From: Octopus sinensis
Lineage: Eukaryota
Length of the DNA: 64,000 nt
Direction: 5' to 3'
Assembly (NCBI RefSeq): GCF_006345805.1
Contig: NC_042998.1
Span: 56,048,001-56,112,000, forward strand
Position 1 is the first letter of the stretch, and each line of letters starts with the position of its first letter. Shown here piece after piece: positions 1 to 14,900 of this stretch. The notes beneath the pieces are model-generated. The model saw only the letters and a program-made list of their open reading frames with translations. It ran no database searches and was not told the DNA's origin. The position numbers and the translations under genes are program-made.

Positions 1-69
1 TATGTATATATATAATATTTATATATATGTATATATATATAATATTTATATATATGTATATATATATAT

Positions 70-101
<32 letters not shown>

Positions 102-188
102 ATATATATGTATATATATATAATATTTATATATATATATATTATATATATATATATCATGTATATATATATATATATATATATATAC
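1..188. repeat. Imperfect (TA)n microsatellite
   Basis: TA dinucleotide array with scattered G/T variants. Confidence 0.95.
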
Positions 189-540
189 AGGCTCAGGGGT
201 GGCTGCATGGTAGCTTGCTTACCAACCACATGGTTCCAGGTTCAGTCCCACTGTGTGGCACCTTGGTCAAGTGTCTTCTACTATAGCCTTGGGCCGGCCA
301 AAGCCTTGTGAGTGGATTTGGTAGACAGAAACTGAAAGAAGCCTGTCATATATATATATGTGTGTGTCTGTTTGTTCCCCCTCCCCCCAACATCGGTTGA
401 CATGCAATGCTGGTGTGCTTATGTCCCTGTAACTTAGCGGTTTGGCAACAAGGGACTGATGGAATAAATACTAGGCTTACAAAGAATAAGTCCTGATTTG
501 TTCGACTAAAAGGTGGTGCTCGAGCATGGACGCAGTCAAT
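189..540 (+). mobile_element. tRNA-derived SINE, family A (octopus CORE/OR-type)
   Basis: tRNA-like head (gtggctgcatggtag...ggttcagtccc), ccttggtcaagtgtcttctactatagcc body, internal TG tract; near-collinear copy at 59499-59903. Confidence 0.85.
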
Positions 541-623
541 AAAAGAATATTGTATATATATTATATATATATATAGCATATATATATATATCATGTATAT
601 ATATAATATATATTATAAATATA

Positions 624-1207
624 GGATCTTTTCCTTTTGAACGGCAGTTTGTAACATAATTTCTAGGTTACTAAAAAGTTTTAAACTTCGTATACTGGTA
701 GAATGTGTTTATAAATGTTTATAAAACATCATTTTCTCTTGGTTTTATTGAGAAAATTCTATAGTTTGTAAGATATTTCATCTGAAAATCCGAGCATTTC
801 GGCAATTTTAACCAATTGATTACCTCCATTGAACTAAAATCATTTGCTGTGTCTAAAACTGAGACAACATCCTGTCACTAACCCTCAACCTAACCCTAAC
901 CCTAATTTTTTTTTTTATTGTTAAATGAATTTAACAATTAAGAAAAAAAATTTAGGGTTAAGGTTAGGTTGAGGGTTAGTGACAGGATGTTGTCTCAGTT
1001 TTAGACACAGCAAATGATTTTAGCTCAAAAGAGAGCATAGGATTGGTTAAAATTTGAAAAATTAAACTATGTTAAACAAACAGATTAAAATTTTCTCAAG
1101 AAAGCCAAGAGAAAAAAATGTTTTATTTTGACAAATTCTACCAGTATACGAAGTTTTAAAGTGTTTAGTTAACTAGAAATTGTCTGCCGTTCAAAAGGAA
1201 AAGATCT
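624..1207. mobile_element. Foldback MITE with ~24-bp TIRs, TA flanks and inner inverted arms carrying telomere-like repeats
   Basis: ggatcttttccttttgaacggcag ... ctgccgttcaaaaggaaaagatct; inner arms ~830-905 and ~950-1027 almost perfectly complementary. Confidence 0.85.
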
Positions 1208-1369
1208 TAATATATATTATATGTATATATATATATTATATAAATATATATATATATGTATACATATATATTTATATATGTATATATATATATGTATATA
1301 TATGTATATATATTTATATATGTATATATATATATATATATGTATATATATTTATATATATATATATTG

Positions 1370-1402
<33 letters not shown>

Positions 1403-1413
1403 ATATATGTATA

Positions 1414-1458
<45 letters not shown>

Positions 1459-1560
1459 ATATGTATATATATAGGTATATATATACATATGTATGTGTAT
1501 GTATGTATATATTTGTGTGTGTCTATGTGGGCACACACACACATATATATATATATTATA
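1208..1560. repeat. (TA)n/(TATG)n microsatellite
   Basis: Direct inspection. Confidence 0.95.
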
Positions 1561-1740
1561 TAATTATTCTCAGATTCATTTGTGTTCTGTTTTTGAAACA
1601 GGCAGCATTGCTTAAAAAGATGTCATTGGTATTACGTCTATAAGTCAATATTTAGCTTCTATAATTCTTTGTTTAATATTAGTTCCTTATCTAGTTGATA
1701 TTATTTAAATGTAATAATTCAATTATTTATTTTTTCAAAG

Positions 1741-1776
1741 GGGCCTAAGGGTCGAAGTGGTTATCCTGGCTATCCG
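1741..1776 (+). CDS. Collagen exon, 36 nt, [12 protein letters not shown]
   Basis: tttttcaaag|GGGCCT...TATCCG|gtttgt; 4 Gly-X-Y triplets. Confidence 0.9.
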
Positions 1777-2950
1777 GTTTGTACTATTTTAAGACATGTT
1801 TGTTTTCTGGGTTTTTGTTTTTGCCCCTTCACTTTATATGCATTGTGTAAAAAGAAATATGATATGTTATTACTAAATTTCACTTGATAATATGAGTAGG
1901 TTACTGTCATCATCATCATCATCATCATCATAATCAACATCATCTTATAACTGTTTTTTCATTATTGGCATGTTTTGGATGGATTGTTTTTTAACATTGA
2001 TTCTCTTCCTATTGCCAACCCACTTTACAGACAATTAAAAATGAATACTTTATATTAACATCAGTCACAGGCATGGCTATCTGTTAAGAGGTTGACTTTG
2101 CAACTGTGTTTCCATGTCATTGTTCAGTAGCCATATTTTTTCTTTACTACCCACAAGGGGCTAAACATAGAGGGGACAAACAAAGGGATTAAGTCGATTA
2201 CATTGACCCCAGTGCGAAACTGGTACTTTATTTTATCGACCCCGAAAGGATGAAAGGCAAAGTCGACCTCGGTGGAATTTGAACTCATACATAACGGCAG
2301 ATGAAATATGGCTACGCATTTCACCTGGCCTGCTTACGTTTCTGCCAGCTCACTGCCTTATGTTCAGTAGCCATATGCTGACCAAAGCCTTGCAAGTAAA
2401 ATTTGATGTATAGCAACTCTGCAGAAGTTAGGTGTGCTACTCTGTGTGTGTGTGTGTGTGTGTTTGTTTTCATGTGTGCGCGTGCTTGCGTGCATGTGAA
2501 CAAGTGTCTGTACAGGAGGATAAAACCAAAATCTTGAATGAAAATGCCTTGTTTTTTCTATTATCTTGATTGTCTCCCTTTATGACCTCTTGACTTAGTC
2601 TTTGATTTTTGTCCAAGGTAAACAAAATAAATACTGATTTGATACAACCAACTAAAATCCAAGAAGTTATGCTCCAGCATTATCGCAGTCGATCATATCT
2701 GAAACAGTTGTGTATTGATTGTATACATAATTTTTAATGTTAATTATTATATACATATTTTAGGGTTAACTGCAATTTTATTGCTAATTTTAAATCAATT
2801 TATCTTTCTTTAGCCATTCAGTAATCTCTTCATTTCTTTCTACTCATCTACTTGTATTGTCTCTATGGAAGCACTTTAAATGCATGTTTTATCCGTTTAT
2901 ATATAGCGTCATTATAAAGTCCTTGTACAATTTCACATTTGCATAACTTT

Positions 2951-2994
<44 letters not shown>

Positions 2995-5900
2995 TTATAT
3001 CATCATCATCATCATCATTTAACGTCTGCTTTCCATGCTAGCATGGGTTGGACGAATGACTGAGGGCTGGTGAACCAGATGGCTGCACCAGGCTTCAATC
3101 TTGATCTGGCAGAGTTTCTACAGCTGGATGCCCTTCCTAACCACTCCAAGAGTGTAGTGGGTGCTTTTACGTGCCACCGGTATGGAGCCAATCAGGCGGT
3201 ACTGGCAACGACCTCACTTGAATCTTTTACACATGCTACCGGCACAGGTGCCAGTAAGGCGATGCTGGTAACGATCATGCTTGAATGGTGTCTTTTACGT
3301 GACACCGGCACGGAGGCCAGATAGCCGCTCTGGCAACGATCACGCTCAGAAGATGTTCTTAATACCCTACTACAAATATATGTATCCATACATACATATA
3401 AATATATATATTTACATAAGTAAATTATATGCACACACACACACACATATATAATATCACCTAATATAGGAAAAAATTCTCAAAAAAATTTTATCAGTGG
3501 CTAGCATATTAAAAAATACCTTATAAGATGAAATTTATTAACAACTTATAAATAAGGGTAAAGCAAAAAATTTCAATGCCAAATATGCCGAGAATAGACT
3601 TTAAATTGTGAATAACCACGATTTAAAGTCTATTCTCAGCATATTTGGCATTGGAATTTCTTTCTTTTGCCCTTATTTATAAGTTATAGCTGATGTTCAG
3701 TTTCATCCTGAATCATATTACGTATTCTAACTTACAAATCATCTTTAGAATGAGATCCAGTTGAATAAACTTTATTGTTTTTGTATTATGAAGCTGAAAT
3801 AATTATTAAACTTTTTAAGATAAAAAAGTAATTGCAACAATATTTTGATTGTCATATAAGGAACAACAGTTTTAAAACTGCTTAATAATTTAAAATTGTA
3901 CATGGACTTTATAATGAACATATTTATATATATATATATGTATATATATATTTGCCTGTAACCTATGTAGAAATTTTCTAACCTTTGAACATTTTATAAA
4001 CTGGTTCCAAGATGCTTATTTTAATATTTTGCTATATCTGCATATCTGATGTTCTATTTTTCTTAATATTATTTTAAAATGATATTTCTAAGTATTTCAA
4101 TTTTTTTTCAACTTGTGAAAGATTCTCTGAATTTTTTTCAAAATAAAATCTCCTTTTATTTTAAACTGTATAGTTTAATCCTTGATAATGTAAACTTTAT
4201 ATGATTTAATGAATATAGATTTACCACGTCAATGTTTTATTGGAATCAACCAGATCTTAGTATGATTATATTGAAAAAAAAAATGTTTTATTTCATGCCT
4301 CATTGAGTCTTAACATTTTAAAATGCCTTGATTTGAAGTGAAAATTTGACTGGACATAACAATCATTTATGTTATGTTAGCTATTAAATTTTATTTTTTA
4401 GCTAACTGAGGTCAGAGAAAACTTGACTCTGAAACTGTAGAATGTAAAATATCTTCAAAGCATGCTTCTAAGCTACTCCATAAAATGATAGCATCTACAG
4501 AAAGAGTTGTAAATTTTTATAAACAAAATTTTATTATCATGTAAAACCAAGTACTTTTTGTTTATAGTTAAAATATATAATTTTATCTTGTCAAGAATCT
4601 CAAATATAATACCTGTTATTTTAATCTGTAGCTTATTTCAGTAAAGATATGTGATGGAAGAAGCTGGCATGTTAAAATCTAACAAATTTGAATGAACTGT
4701 AAAACACATTTTTTTATAGTTGTTTTTTGCACTCTAAGATATATATCATTTGAAATATTCTAATAAAGCTTTGTTGAGATCATGCATGCTGTATAATAAT
4801 CAGTACTGCATCATAAAAACTTAATTACAATCTGATAAATATCCTGAATACACTTCACTATAGCATGTAATAAATATTGAACTCTGAAAGGTTCCCAATA
4901 TTCTGTTAAAATAGAAAATAAATAGTTATTTACTGCATCATCATTCAATGTAAATATATATTCTTCTGTATATAGGGACCAGGTGGTTTAAAAGGAGGAA
5001 AGGGTGATGTGGTAAGTATTTAGCTTCACACAAATTAAAAAATTAAAATAATAATATCAAATTTGTGATGAAACATTTTTCCACTGCTATAAATATGTCT
5101 CAGCTCAGTAAATTTTCTAAGTAAATGTTGTAATTTTCCATTGAAAAATCTGATCCCTCAATTATTTTCAATTTAAAAAAGTCCAATATTAAATTTTTTA
5201 TTAGAACTTATAATTTACTTTAAATTCCCTTGCATTAGTCGAATTTTCAAAATTTTATTTAACAATATTTTTTGTGAGAAACATTTCAAAATTTATATAA
5301 CTCTTCAATTTTAAGATTTCAGAAATACTTAGCTATAGAATATCAGTTGATATCAATTTATTGGTTATATTCACAGTTCACTTTCCTACCTGTTACTTCA
5401 TGTTTGAGAGCCACTGGATCAAGTGAAGACCTCAAATTTATGTCAATCTATTTGGTTATATTATCATTCATTATTAATAGATTTCTTATTTCCTTAAGGC
5501 TTAGATTTCACTTAACTTATTTTTTAAAAGAAAGGAATACATTCAAGTTTTACTTTAGCTAATAGTTTTACTTCAGTACAAATTTGTCTTGAAAAGCATT
5601 GAATATTATTTAATTTTGTTTAAAGGCAGTGCTCCAGTATGGCCACAGTCAAATGACTGAAACAAGTAAAAGAGTAATTATTAGTTTATTGAGAGACTCA
5701 CAGAATTAAGGTTATAATTTAATTAATACCTGCAATTATGTATTCAGGAAAATGGCATGTTTGATAATTCAAATATTTTAATATTAATTCTATATAACTT
5801 ACACAACTAAAAAATCAACTGCATGGTGTTCTATTTGTTAAAATAAATAGAAATTTTAAACATCTCAACTATCTTACCTACTTCTCATATTTCTTAAAGC

Positions 5901-8900
5901 AGGGATATATATATGAATATAGATTTAAAGCATAGCTTCTGCATCATCATCAATAGTGACATGAATGACTCTCATGGAGTTGTAATCGGAATATAAAATG
6001 ATTTCATGAAATATTAAACATTGACTAGCAATCTTCTGTTTCTGGCACTCCACTGCACATACAGGTGTGTGGGTGTTTGTGATATATATAAATAAATGTA
6101 TAAATACATTTGTGTATAAGTATATGTATAATTAAGGCACATGGCCTACTGGTTAGGATGTTGGGGTTATGGGCTTGTTTCTTTCACCCTGTAATTTGTC
6201 CTTGATTTAGGCACTTTTATATTGCTCCAGCTGACTTAGCTAAAATGAATATTAGCTGAGTACTGGTTCAGCCCCCCACCCCCTTCCCCGGTAGTCACAT
6301 CATTGATGTTGCACTTAGTCAGTGATGATAGAGATGAGGTGTCTGCTCACAACATAGGTATGTACAACAATTAGTAAAAAATATATTAAATTTTTGATTC
6401 TGAGTCATGACCATTTACATATATATCATAAACACCTTCATTTTCCGTGCTTGCATGGGTCAAATAAAATTTGTTGAGGCAGATCTTCTAGATGCTCTTC
6501 CAGTTGCCAAGCCTTCTCTGTTTCCAAAAGAGTTTATATTTCCTCATGGACAGTTATGCTTTTCACAGAAGACTGGAAATCAACAACATACTTTGTATGA
6601 CAGTGATGCTTGTAAACAGATATACTTGTGTATTGGAGCAGCTGTTGATTGAGTTTTCCTTTGGTTTTAGGCCAAGTCAGTGACTAGTAAAGGATGTTGA
6701 GTAACCATTAACTTCTAGTGGTTTCTCACCGTGTGTAATTCTTCAGGTCTGAAAGATTTAGCAAAAAATTATAGGTAACAACAGAGTGAATAGCTCGCTT
6801 CAAACAAAATACATGTCTTTCATTCAATTTTAGACAATGCAATACTTCTGAATTTCCTGAGTTTAGCTAGCTATTAGGAATAGTCATCAGAGTTTGCAAG
6901 ATAAGTTATATGTGGTAGACTAAACATCCTATTAAAGAAAGTTTATCAGTCAGCTGCTTATTACTGTAGAAATTTTAGAATTAAACTTTTGCCCTGCCAT
7001 GCAAAAGACCTTATCATTTATTAAGAAAATAATATATTTCAAATTTATAATTATTTAGTTCTCATAGTTAAATATACATCATCCACAAAGCATGAATATT
7101 ATTTTTTCAAGCATCACTTTATTAATAAATGTTGTCTATTTTAATCTAACATACAACTAATGTGTTATGCTTTGTGAAGTTTAACCCTACAAAATCAACA
7201 AATTCTGTATTGTATTATGTCTATATCCTACTTACCTGTTATTACTTATGTGTTCCATTTTAGGGACTACCAGGTCCAAAAGGAGACAAGGGAGAAAAGG
7301 TATTGTATTAACTTTATTTTGTTCCATGAAATAAATGTTATTTCTGTTATCTATATACATTAAACTACTTTTAGAAATGAAAATGTTTTATCCTTCTGGG
7401 TGGAAATCCTGAAACAGAAATTTTGAGTGTCAGTTTTGCCCAAGTGTAATATTTTCTATTGAATTGACAGAGATGAACACCAGTGGTAAATTAATGCCTG
7501 TCACTATTATCATATCAAGTTTATCTAGTTTATACTATAAAAGCTGGATATTGTAACATTCCACCTTCCTTTACTTAAAATTCAAAACCAACAGTATAAT
7601 TTTGCATAATAGCTTCTGAAATCAGTCTAGGTGTTCAAATGAAAATGTAATTATTGTATCTGTTACATAAAGTGAAGACTACACTCCAATCTCTCTATTA
7701 GTTTACAACTAATTGTATTCCTGTTATTGAGTTACATAACTTGAATTTAATAATCCAAATAGACACAAATGATAATAGGGAGAATAGATGTGCGACTCAC
7801 ACATTAAATATATTATAGGCAGTCAGCAATACTCTATGTTTACATACCTTTTCACAATCTGAAAGTAAAGAAAAACTGACACTGAACTATGTTATTGAAA
7901 TCTTTGAAATATATGAGTCAATTTTCCAAAATGTTTGGTCTATACTAAGATTCATTAAACAACCAGTGCTAAAGCCTATGAGAATTGTTTAGTGAAAGGA
8001 ATTGTATATGGACCAAGATAAATCTTGCAAAATATGCTAAAATGATTATACATATCTAATATGAATTAAACGGTCAGTATTTCTGATTTTCAACTGCAGG
8101 TTGTAAAATATTTCATTTTTCAAACCAATAAGTTAATGCTGAGATATCAAGGAAGAAAGACAAATAAAAAGAAAGTTAAATGCAATCAAAGTAACAAAAT
8201 GAATACTTAGAAATTGATCCTTTCATAGGCTCCTACAGCACTATGGTGTGTGTTTTTCAATTCTATGCTTGTACACTCCAGTTTCCTAATGAAAAAGGAA
8301 CGGTTATGACGTATGCAACATTTACAGTTTAGTATGAAAAATCCAAATTTTTATTTATTTCTAAATAAATGTTTCTTTCAGGGCATTCGTGGAGAAACAG
8401 GGCAGAAAGGAAATCCTGGATTACCTGGTTATGATGGTATCAAAGGTTCTAAAGTAAGTAAGAAGATTCATGTATATCAATGATATTTTATAGAACAATT
8501 TCATGAATTATTGAGAAATGACCCCTGCAAGGTGGCGTGGTTGAAGCATCAAGTATCACTGATCATTCTCCTTGGCAATGTCATTATGGCCACATCCATG
8601 GAGCACAGCTGAGCCCACTATTTTGGGGCTTACAACCTGTTACTACCGCCTCCCATCTTCTACTACCTTTTTTTTTTTCTTTCTTTTCATTTCAATAATA
8701 ATTTACTCAAATAATGATGGGATGGTTAGGGTTATCAACAATATTATCAGCAAGAAAGCCACAGTTGGGTAACATTTTGTAAAGTAGAACAAAATGGCTT
8801 TTGAGGCCCTGAAAAGAAATTATGTTCAAACTCGAAATATACGCTAAATAAACCTTGAGTCCACATTTAAGTAAAGAAAATAGCATAAGATGAACTTTTA

Positions 8901-11900
8901 AAGTTGTAATTTTTTATTCTTTATCAAAAGGTATGGTTATGATAAAATATGGAAAAACTAGACAGCTTTTGATGTGATTATAAAAGTCTAATTGAACATG
9001 AAGACTAATGCTGGGCTATCTGAATACAACCACTTCAAACTGAAGTATTGGTGGTGTGTTTGACACAAAAGTCAACATTGCAAGCAATATAATGCATTTT
9101 TTCTTTTTAATTCTAAATGAGCCAGACTTGTATACTTCTTCATCAGAGCACCAAAACTTCAAGTCAGTTTTTGGAAAGAGTTGATTGTTTATGTTCTTTG
9201 ATAATTGTTTTTGGCAATGGGATGTGACCACTGGAGAATTGTTATAAGATCAATTTGGTGATTGCCAGTTGAGTACTGCAGTGACATGCTGTTTGCTCAC
9301 TATATTTAATTTCAAATTTTTTTTCTCTTAAGTATTTTGTGTATATACATATTTACAAGTTTCACATGATCAATCTGGGTGGTTTTGCAAATGTTTGTTA
9401 ATATACATACTGCATTATTACTTTTCCACAACAATTTGAACTAACTCCCACAATCCTTGTTTTACTGTCTACCATGCTGAAGAATTTTTTTCTTTTTTTT
9501 ACCTAATTACAGCACAAAATTAAGTAAAACACCAATATGTTGGGTTTTTTTCAATACCAAATATATATATACTAAGCACAACAAAACATTCCTTCCACAT
9601 TCATGCACCCTGACACACACAAACACACTAAGATCTGTTCCTATTCTTTAATCTTTTACTTTCAATCATTTGACTATGGCCATGCTGGAGTACCACCTTT
9701 AGTCAAGCAAATCGACCCTAGAGCTTATTCTGTGTAAGCCTAGTACTTATTCTGTCAATCTCTCTTGCCAAACCGCTAAGTTACGGGGATGTAAACACAC
9801 CAGCATCGGTTGTCAAGCAATGTTGGAGGGACAAACATGGACACACAAACAATGCACACATATCCAAATCTCATAAACTAAGCAGCAAAAAAGGTTAGTG
9901 AGATTTGTGAAACTGGCATTTAGCTTTGGAATTGCTGCATCCAACCAAGAGAATTGCTTTCAAATGTTCCATCAGTGAACCTCATTCAATGTGTTGACTT
10001 CACAGACATAAGTTGTTCAAAACACTTATGCCATACCAGAGGCAAATTTCTTCAAATTTGAAAACTCATCGTCAGGTAAGCAGTGATAAAATTCAACAAG
10101 TTTTCCGTCTCTGTGCTTCTCTTTCAACAAGTCATTTGCTTGCAAATCAATGAGCACCAACTGTAGTTCAACTGGCACATCATCAAGGTTACAATCAAAT
10201 GGATTCTGGATCTGAAGAATGTCACTCTAAATTCTGTTGAGATCTGAAAATCTCTCCAAAATATACTTATTTAAACCATGAATAATCTTCTTCGGAAACT
10301 CAAGGTGACATCTTCTGTGATTCCAGTGCAAAACTCTTTGAGACACTGAAAATAGATAAGTTTCCTCCTTCCAGTTGTGCTTCAAACAATGATGGCTTTC
10401 TCTGAAATCCTTGGCTGAATCTGAAGTAATCATAGATAAGGTTATCCTTCCCCTGAAGTTTCAAGTCCAATTCATTCATGTAGAATGTGATGACAACCAA
10501 AAATGACAACTTTGACGACCAGATCAGATCTGACAGAAGTGGATCTGCTCCACAGTGAGAAAAATATCTATCTCTCTTCGAAAGTTGTAAAAATGAAACA
10601 GGACTTTACCACTGCTGAGCCACCTTACTGCTGTGTGATAAAGCAAGTCACAGAGTTAGGAGTCAATTTCTTCAAGGAAAGCCTGGAACTGGCAGTGATT
10701 AAGTGCACGACTCCGAATGAAATTCACTGCAGAAACAACTGGTTTCAGTACGTAAAAAATATCTGTCTTTCCCACAGAGTGCTTGCTGATGTATAATGCA
10801 GTGTGTAAGCAGAGCACTCAGGAGTTGAGAATCTTCCAGATTAGTCCTGATGTGCCCCACCAGACTCTTCCTCACTCCAACCATGTTTTTACCTCCATCA
10901 GCTGTAACACATCAAAGCTGATTCCAGTTTTCTGCACTTCCATGAAAATGTCTTCTCCAATTGTTGTTCTGTGCATGCTGCAAATGGATGCCAACTCTTC
11001 TATGATCTGAAAGTCTAAATTAAGACCACAAATAAACATGAGAAGTTGTGACATACTTGAGAGATCAATAGACTCATCTAGCACCAGAGAATCCAACAAG
11101 AAGCAGATAAAAAAAAATAGAAATTTTCACAATTAAATAAGTAGAAGTTAAATAAATAAATGGATTTGGATACTCATTAATATATATATTTTTATTTTTC
11201 ATTGTTTTGACAAGTGAGTAGAGAGAAGAGTGGCAGCCAGCCTCTAAAACACCGATCTAAATTCCACTAAGGGGGAATAGATAGGGGACATGAAATTGAC
11301 TATCATATAAATAAGTTGATTTTTCTGTTCACACTCTCCATTTTCTTTATATCATACTACTAAAATTCTGTTCTCCTATATCAGATAGATGAAAACATCT
11401 ATGACAACAACTGGAGCCTGATGTCAAAGAAGAACCACCAATAAATACCAATACTAACACAAATTAACAAATTCCTGAAAAATTAATCGATATAGAGTTA
11501 AACCGGTGTACAGTTGGATAAAATCATCCCTGTGAAAGAGCAACCTCTTTCCATTCAAAACTAGATTGTATGTATGTATGTATGTATGTATGTATGTATG
11601 TATGTATGTATGTATGTATGCATGCATGCATGCATGCATGCATATTAATAGCAAAATAAATTTTTTAATCTAATTTGGTAAGAAAAGAATGTCTACTAAA
11701 AAAATGCTGAAATACATTATCAAAGGCACATATTTTGTATATTTTCAAGAATCTAAACTTACCTAACTTAATTTAACATGCCATTAATGTTAGGTTAGTT
11801 TAAGTAAAGTTAGATTAATTTATTTATGAAAATATACAAAATATTTACATTACAGATACACTTCTCTGTACCAATAGTGCAGTAATAATACCCTACATCT

Positions 11901-14900
11901 GAACACATTGTATGTCAAATGCACAACAGCAGAGTATCTAACAATATGTTTTTAATAACAAAATAACCCTACTTGTTGGTGTTCAATAAATTCTGTGCTT
12001 TAATTAAGTAAAAAGAATTTATTTAGCTATATTAAACATCTACTAGAATTACAATACTGTGTACACAGTATTGTAATTCTAGGAGATGGTTGTTGATTAC
12101 AGACTATGTCTCTGCAGTATTCTGTTTCACAAATCATGAATCTTTACTCGAGATTTGTTAATAGTGAATCTCATTCTTCTGTTCATAACTGAAAATTTCC
12201 ATTCATTAAAATAATCACACTTGAATTTTTTTCTTTTTCTTTTTAACACAATATCTCTTAGAAAGGAAAATGAAAATTAAATGCACTTTCTATTTTATTT
12301 ATTTATTTATTCAATTTTAAACAATGTAGGTACTTTCCAGCAAAAATTTTTGGCTATTTTGAAATTTGGGTCTAATCTATTCTTGTGATAAAATCATAGT
12401 TTATAATTCAAATATATCAACTTTTCTATTTTCCTATTTTGGAATGAAATGAAAATGAATAATTGAATACAATTAAGGTACTTAATTTTAGTTTTCTGAT
12501 GGTTGGTTTGTCCACAGAGCTTTTGGTTTTAGATTTTAAGTGGGTTATAAATTTGACATAATTCAGACAATTTCAGTTGTCCACTCGACTTAGATTTTAA
12601 TTGGACATACAAGATTAAAAGTAGATACATACAATATCTGAAATAAAATATCTTGTTTATAAATATTATCTCATCCTTTCATGGAGTGAAATTAGCTTCC
12701 TTTCATAGTAAAAATAATGGGTTCTGGTGAAAGCCAAGAAATACCTGAAAAGCTACAAAGTTTGATAAATTTGGTAAATAAATATAAAACAGTGGAAATG
12801 AGTTGTGAGGTTTTTTAAGGAGATAGAAACATCAGACAGTCACGTGTATAATTTATACCACCTGAACTAAGTGATTACTGCAGAATGTTGAATGTATTTA
12901 ATTGAAGAAGCTTTCTTTTATTTTTTATTGCATTCATTAATTATTTCATTTTGACAGCTTTTGTTCAAATTACAATGCAAAAGCATCACTCGAATGTATT
13001 TTTACACCTGGCATCAAGTAAAATACTTATAATACTTTAAAATAATAAAGAATTAGAATTGGTATTATAATATAATAAGAATTATAATGTATTAAGATCA
13101 GAATATCAGTTTGATATTATTGTAATGCTAAAATTTAAATTTTCTTTATATTTCTTGTGGATAAATATTGGTTCACTTATTGTTCTTTATTTAATTGAGG
13201 AATATTAAATTAACTTTTCGTTTTCATTCTTATGACATTATAAATTACTTTAAGGCAGTGAGCTGGCAGAATTGTTAGCACACCAGGCAAAATGCCTAGC
13301 AGTATTTAGTCTGCCGCCTACATTCTGAGTTCAAACTCCGCTTTGGTTAACATTGCCTTTCATCCTTTTGGAGTCAGTAAATTAAGTACCAGTGAGACAA
13401 TACTGGGATCGATGTAACCAACTAGTCTCCTCCCCCAAATTTCAGGCCTTGTGCCTATAGTAGAAAAGGTTTATGAATTACTTTATGTTCTATAATTATG
13501 TGTTGGAAAGTACAATACTAATATTTAGTTTTTACTGGAAAAATTTCCTCTTTGGATACTTTTTCTGTTTTATTCATAATTATGCTGCTTTCTCAGTATG
13601 ACTTAATTTTTAGTTTGTGATTATTTTATATAACTGTTCTACTAACATGTTTACTAACATGATCTTTAAAATTATGTGGTATCATCAAGGAATTTATGAA
13701 TTATGGATTAATTTATAGTTTTGATAATTGTTTTTAATAAATTAATATTAAAATTATTTTCTCATTAAAAATAACAGAATTTTATAAGGTTCTGTGTTTT
13801 CATTAAAGACAGTCATTAATTTAATGAATAATTACCTTTTTCCTGATTACTTTGACATTCAAGGCTAACAATCTACCAGAGAAAATACATGTCACTAATT
13901 ACCAACTGGGTTTAATGGACCCAATATTTTTCTTTTAATTAAATTTTATTCAAACTACCATTATTTCTTAGTTACATTATAAATGCCATCAGATGAATAA
14001 AGAATTACTGTTTCTCACTAATTTTAATAAAAAAAATACAGCTTACAGAATATATTTTAAATTTTAAACATTACAAAAATACAGAATTACAGCTCTTTAT
14101 GGCAGTGAATGCAGACAACATTGGAATGTTCTTGGCAAACATGGATATTACAATTCTTATATGTAGTACGAGTTTTCCTGTCTTTTTTGGGGCCACACAA
14201 AGAACATTTTCCTTTTTTCTTTGGCTGAGAAATCACAAATAAGGTTGAAGATAGTCTTCTTTTCTTATTTGGTTGAGAAATGTAAGTGGAACTAGAAGAT
14301 TGTTTGTCATGTTCTTGTTTAGCATTAACTCCATTGGTACACCCAAGGTTAATTATAGAGAATGTAAATTTGGGATGAGTTAATTCCAACTTCTTATCAA
14401 ATGAAAAACCATACTTTTAAATCTGTTGAAGATGAAATGACCCTGATGTGATGATTGATGATGAGTTAAACTCCTATAAATACACTTTGTTGCAAACTTT
14501 TTGGTGATCAACAAAACATCATTCCAATACAATTCGGGTTTCTTGTAGATAGAGTGCAAAGGAAATCTCAAAATTGCTACTTAAAAAAGACCTTTTGTGC
14601 AATACAGACAAATAAGACAATATGTCAACAAATATATTATCTTGGAATATTATTAATTGTTAATACAAGATCATTCCTAAGAAATAATGCAACAATCCAG
14701 CTAAACAGAAAACTTTATTAAACAGGGTCTATGCAAATTAAGTTGGGTCAAGTAGAAAATTGACATATAGGCTTCAGAAATATTAGAGTATTATATGTGA
14801 TTATGAAAAAAAGGACTGTAAAAAAAACTTAATTGAAATAAATTTATAATTCATAAATTTTGCTCATCAATAACTTCAAACCAATGTGAATTAAGAATAT

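Noticed and set aside
879-979. Possible interstitial telomere or chromosome fusion scar
   Set aside because: Only ~4 degenerate units per arm, in CCCTAA-then-TTAGGG order, inside a TIR element
2-1643. Y/I/M/C/V-rich ORFs (also 32117-32359, 50025-50272, 58039-58320)
   Set aside because: Translations of TA/TG microsatellites
11385-11444. Good acceptor followed by [19 protein letters not shown]
   Set aside because: No donor before the stop and no support as a terminal exon
12958-13017. Open AG/GT-bounded segments here and at 29180-29203 and 54473-54526
   Set aside because: Intron-like composition, weaker splice sites and no family resemblance; expected by chance in AT-rich DNA
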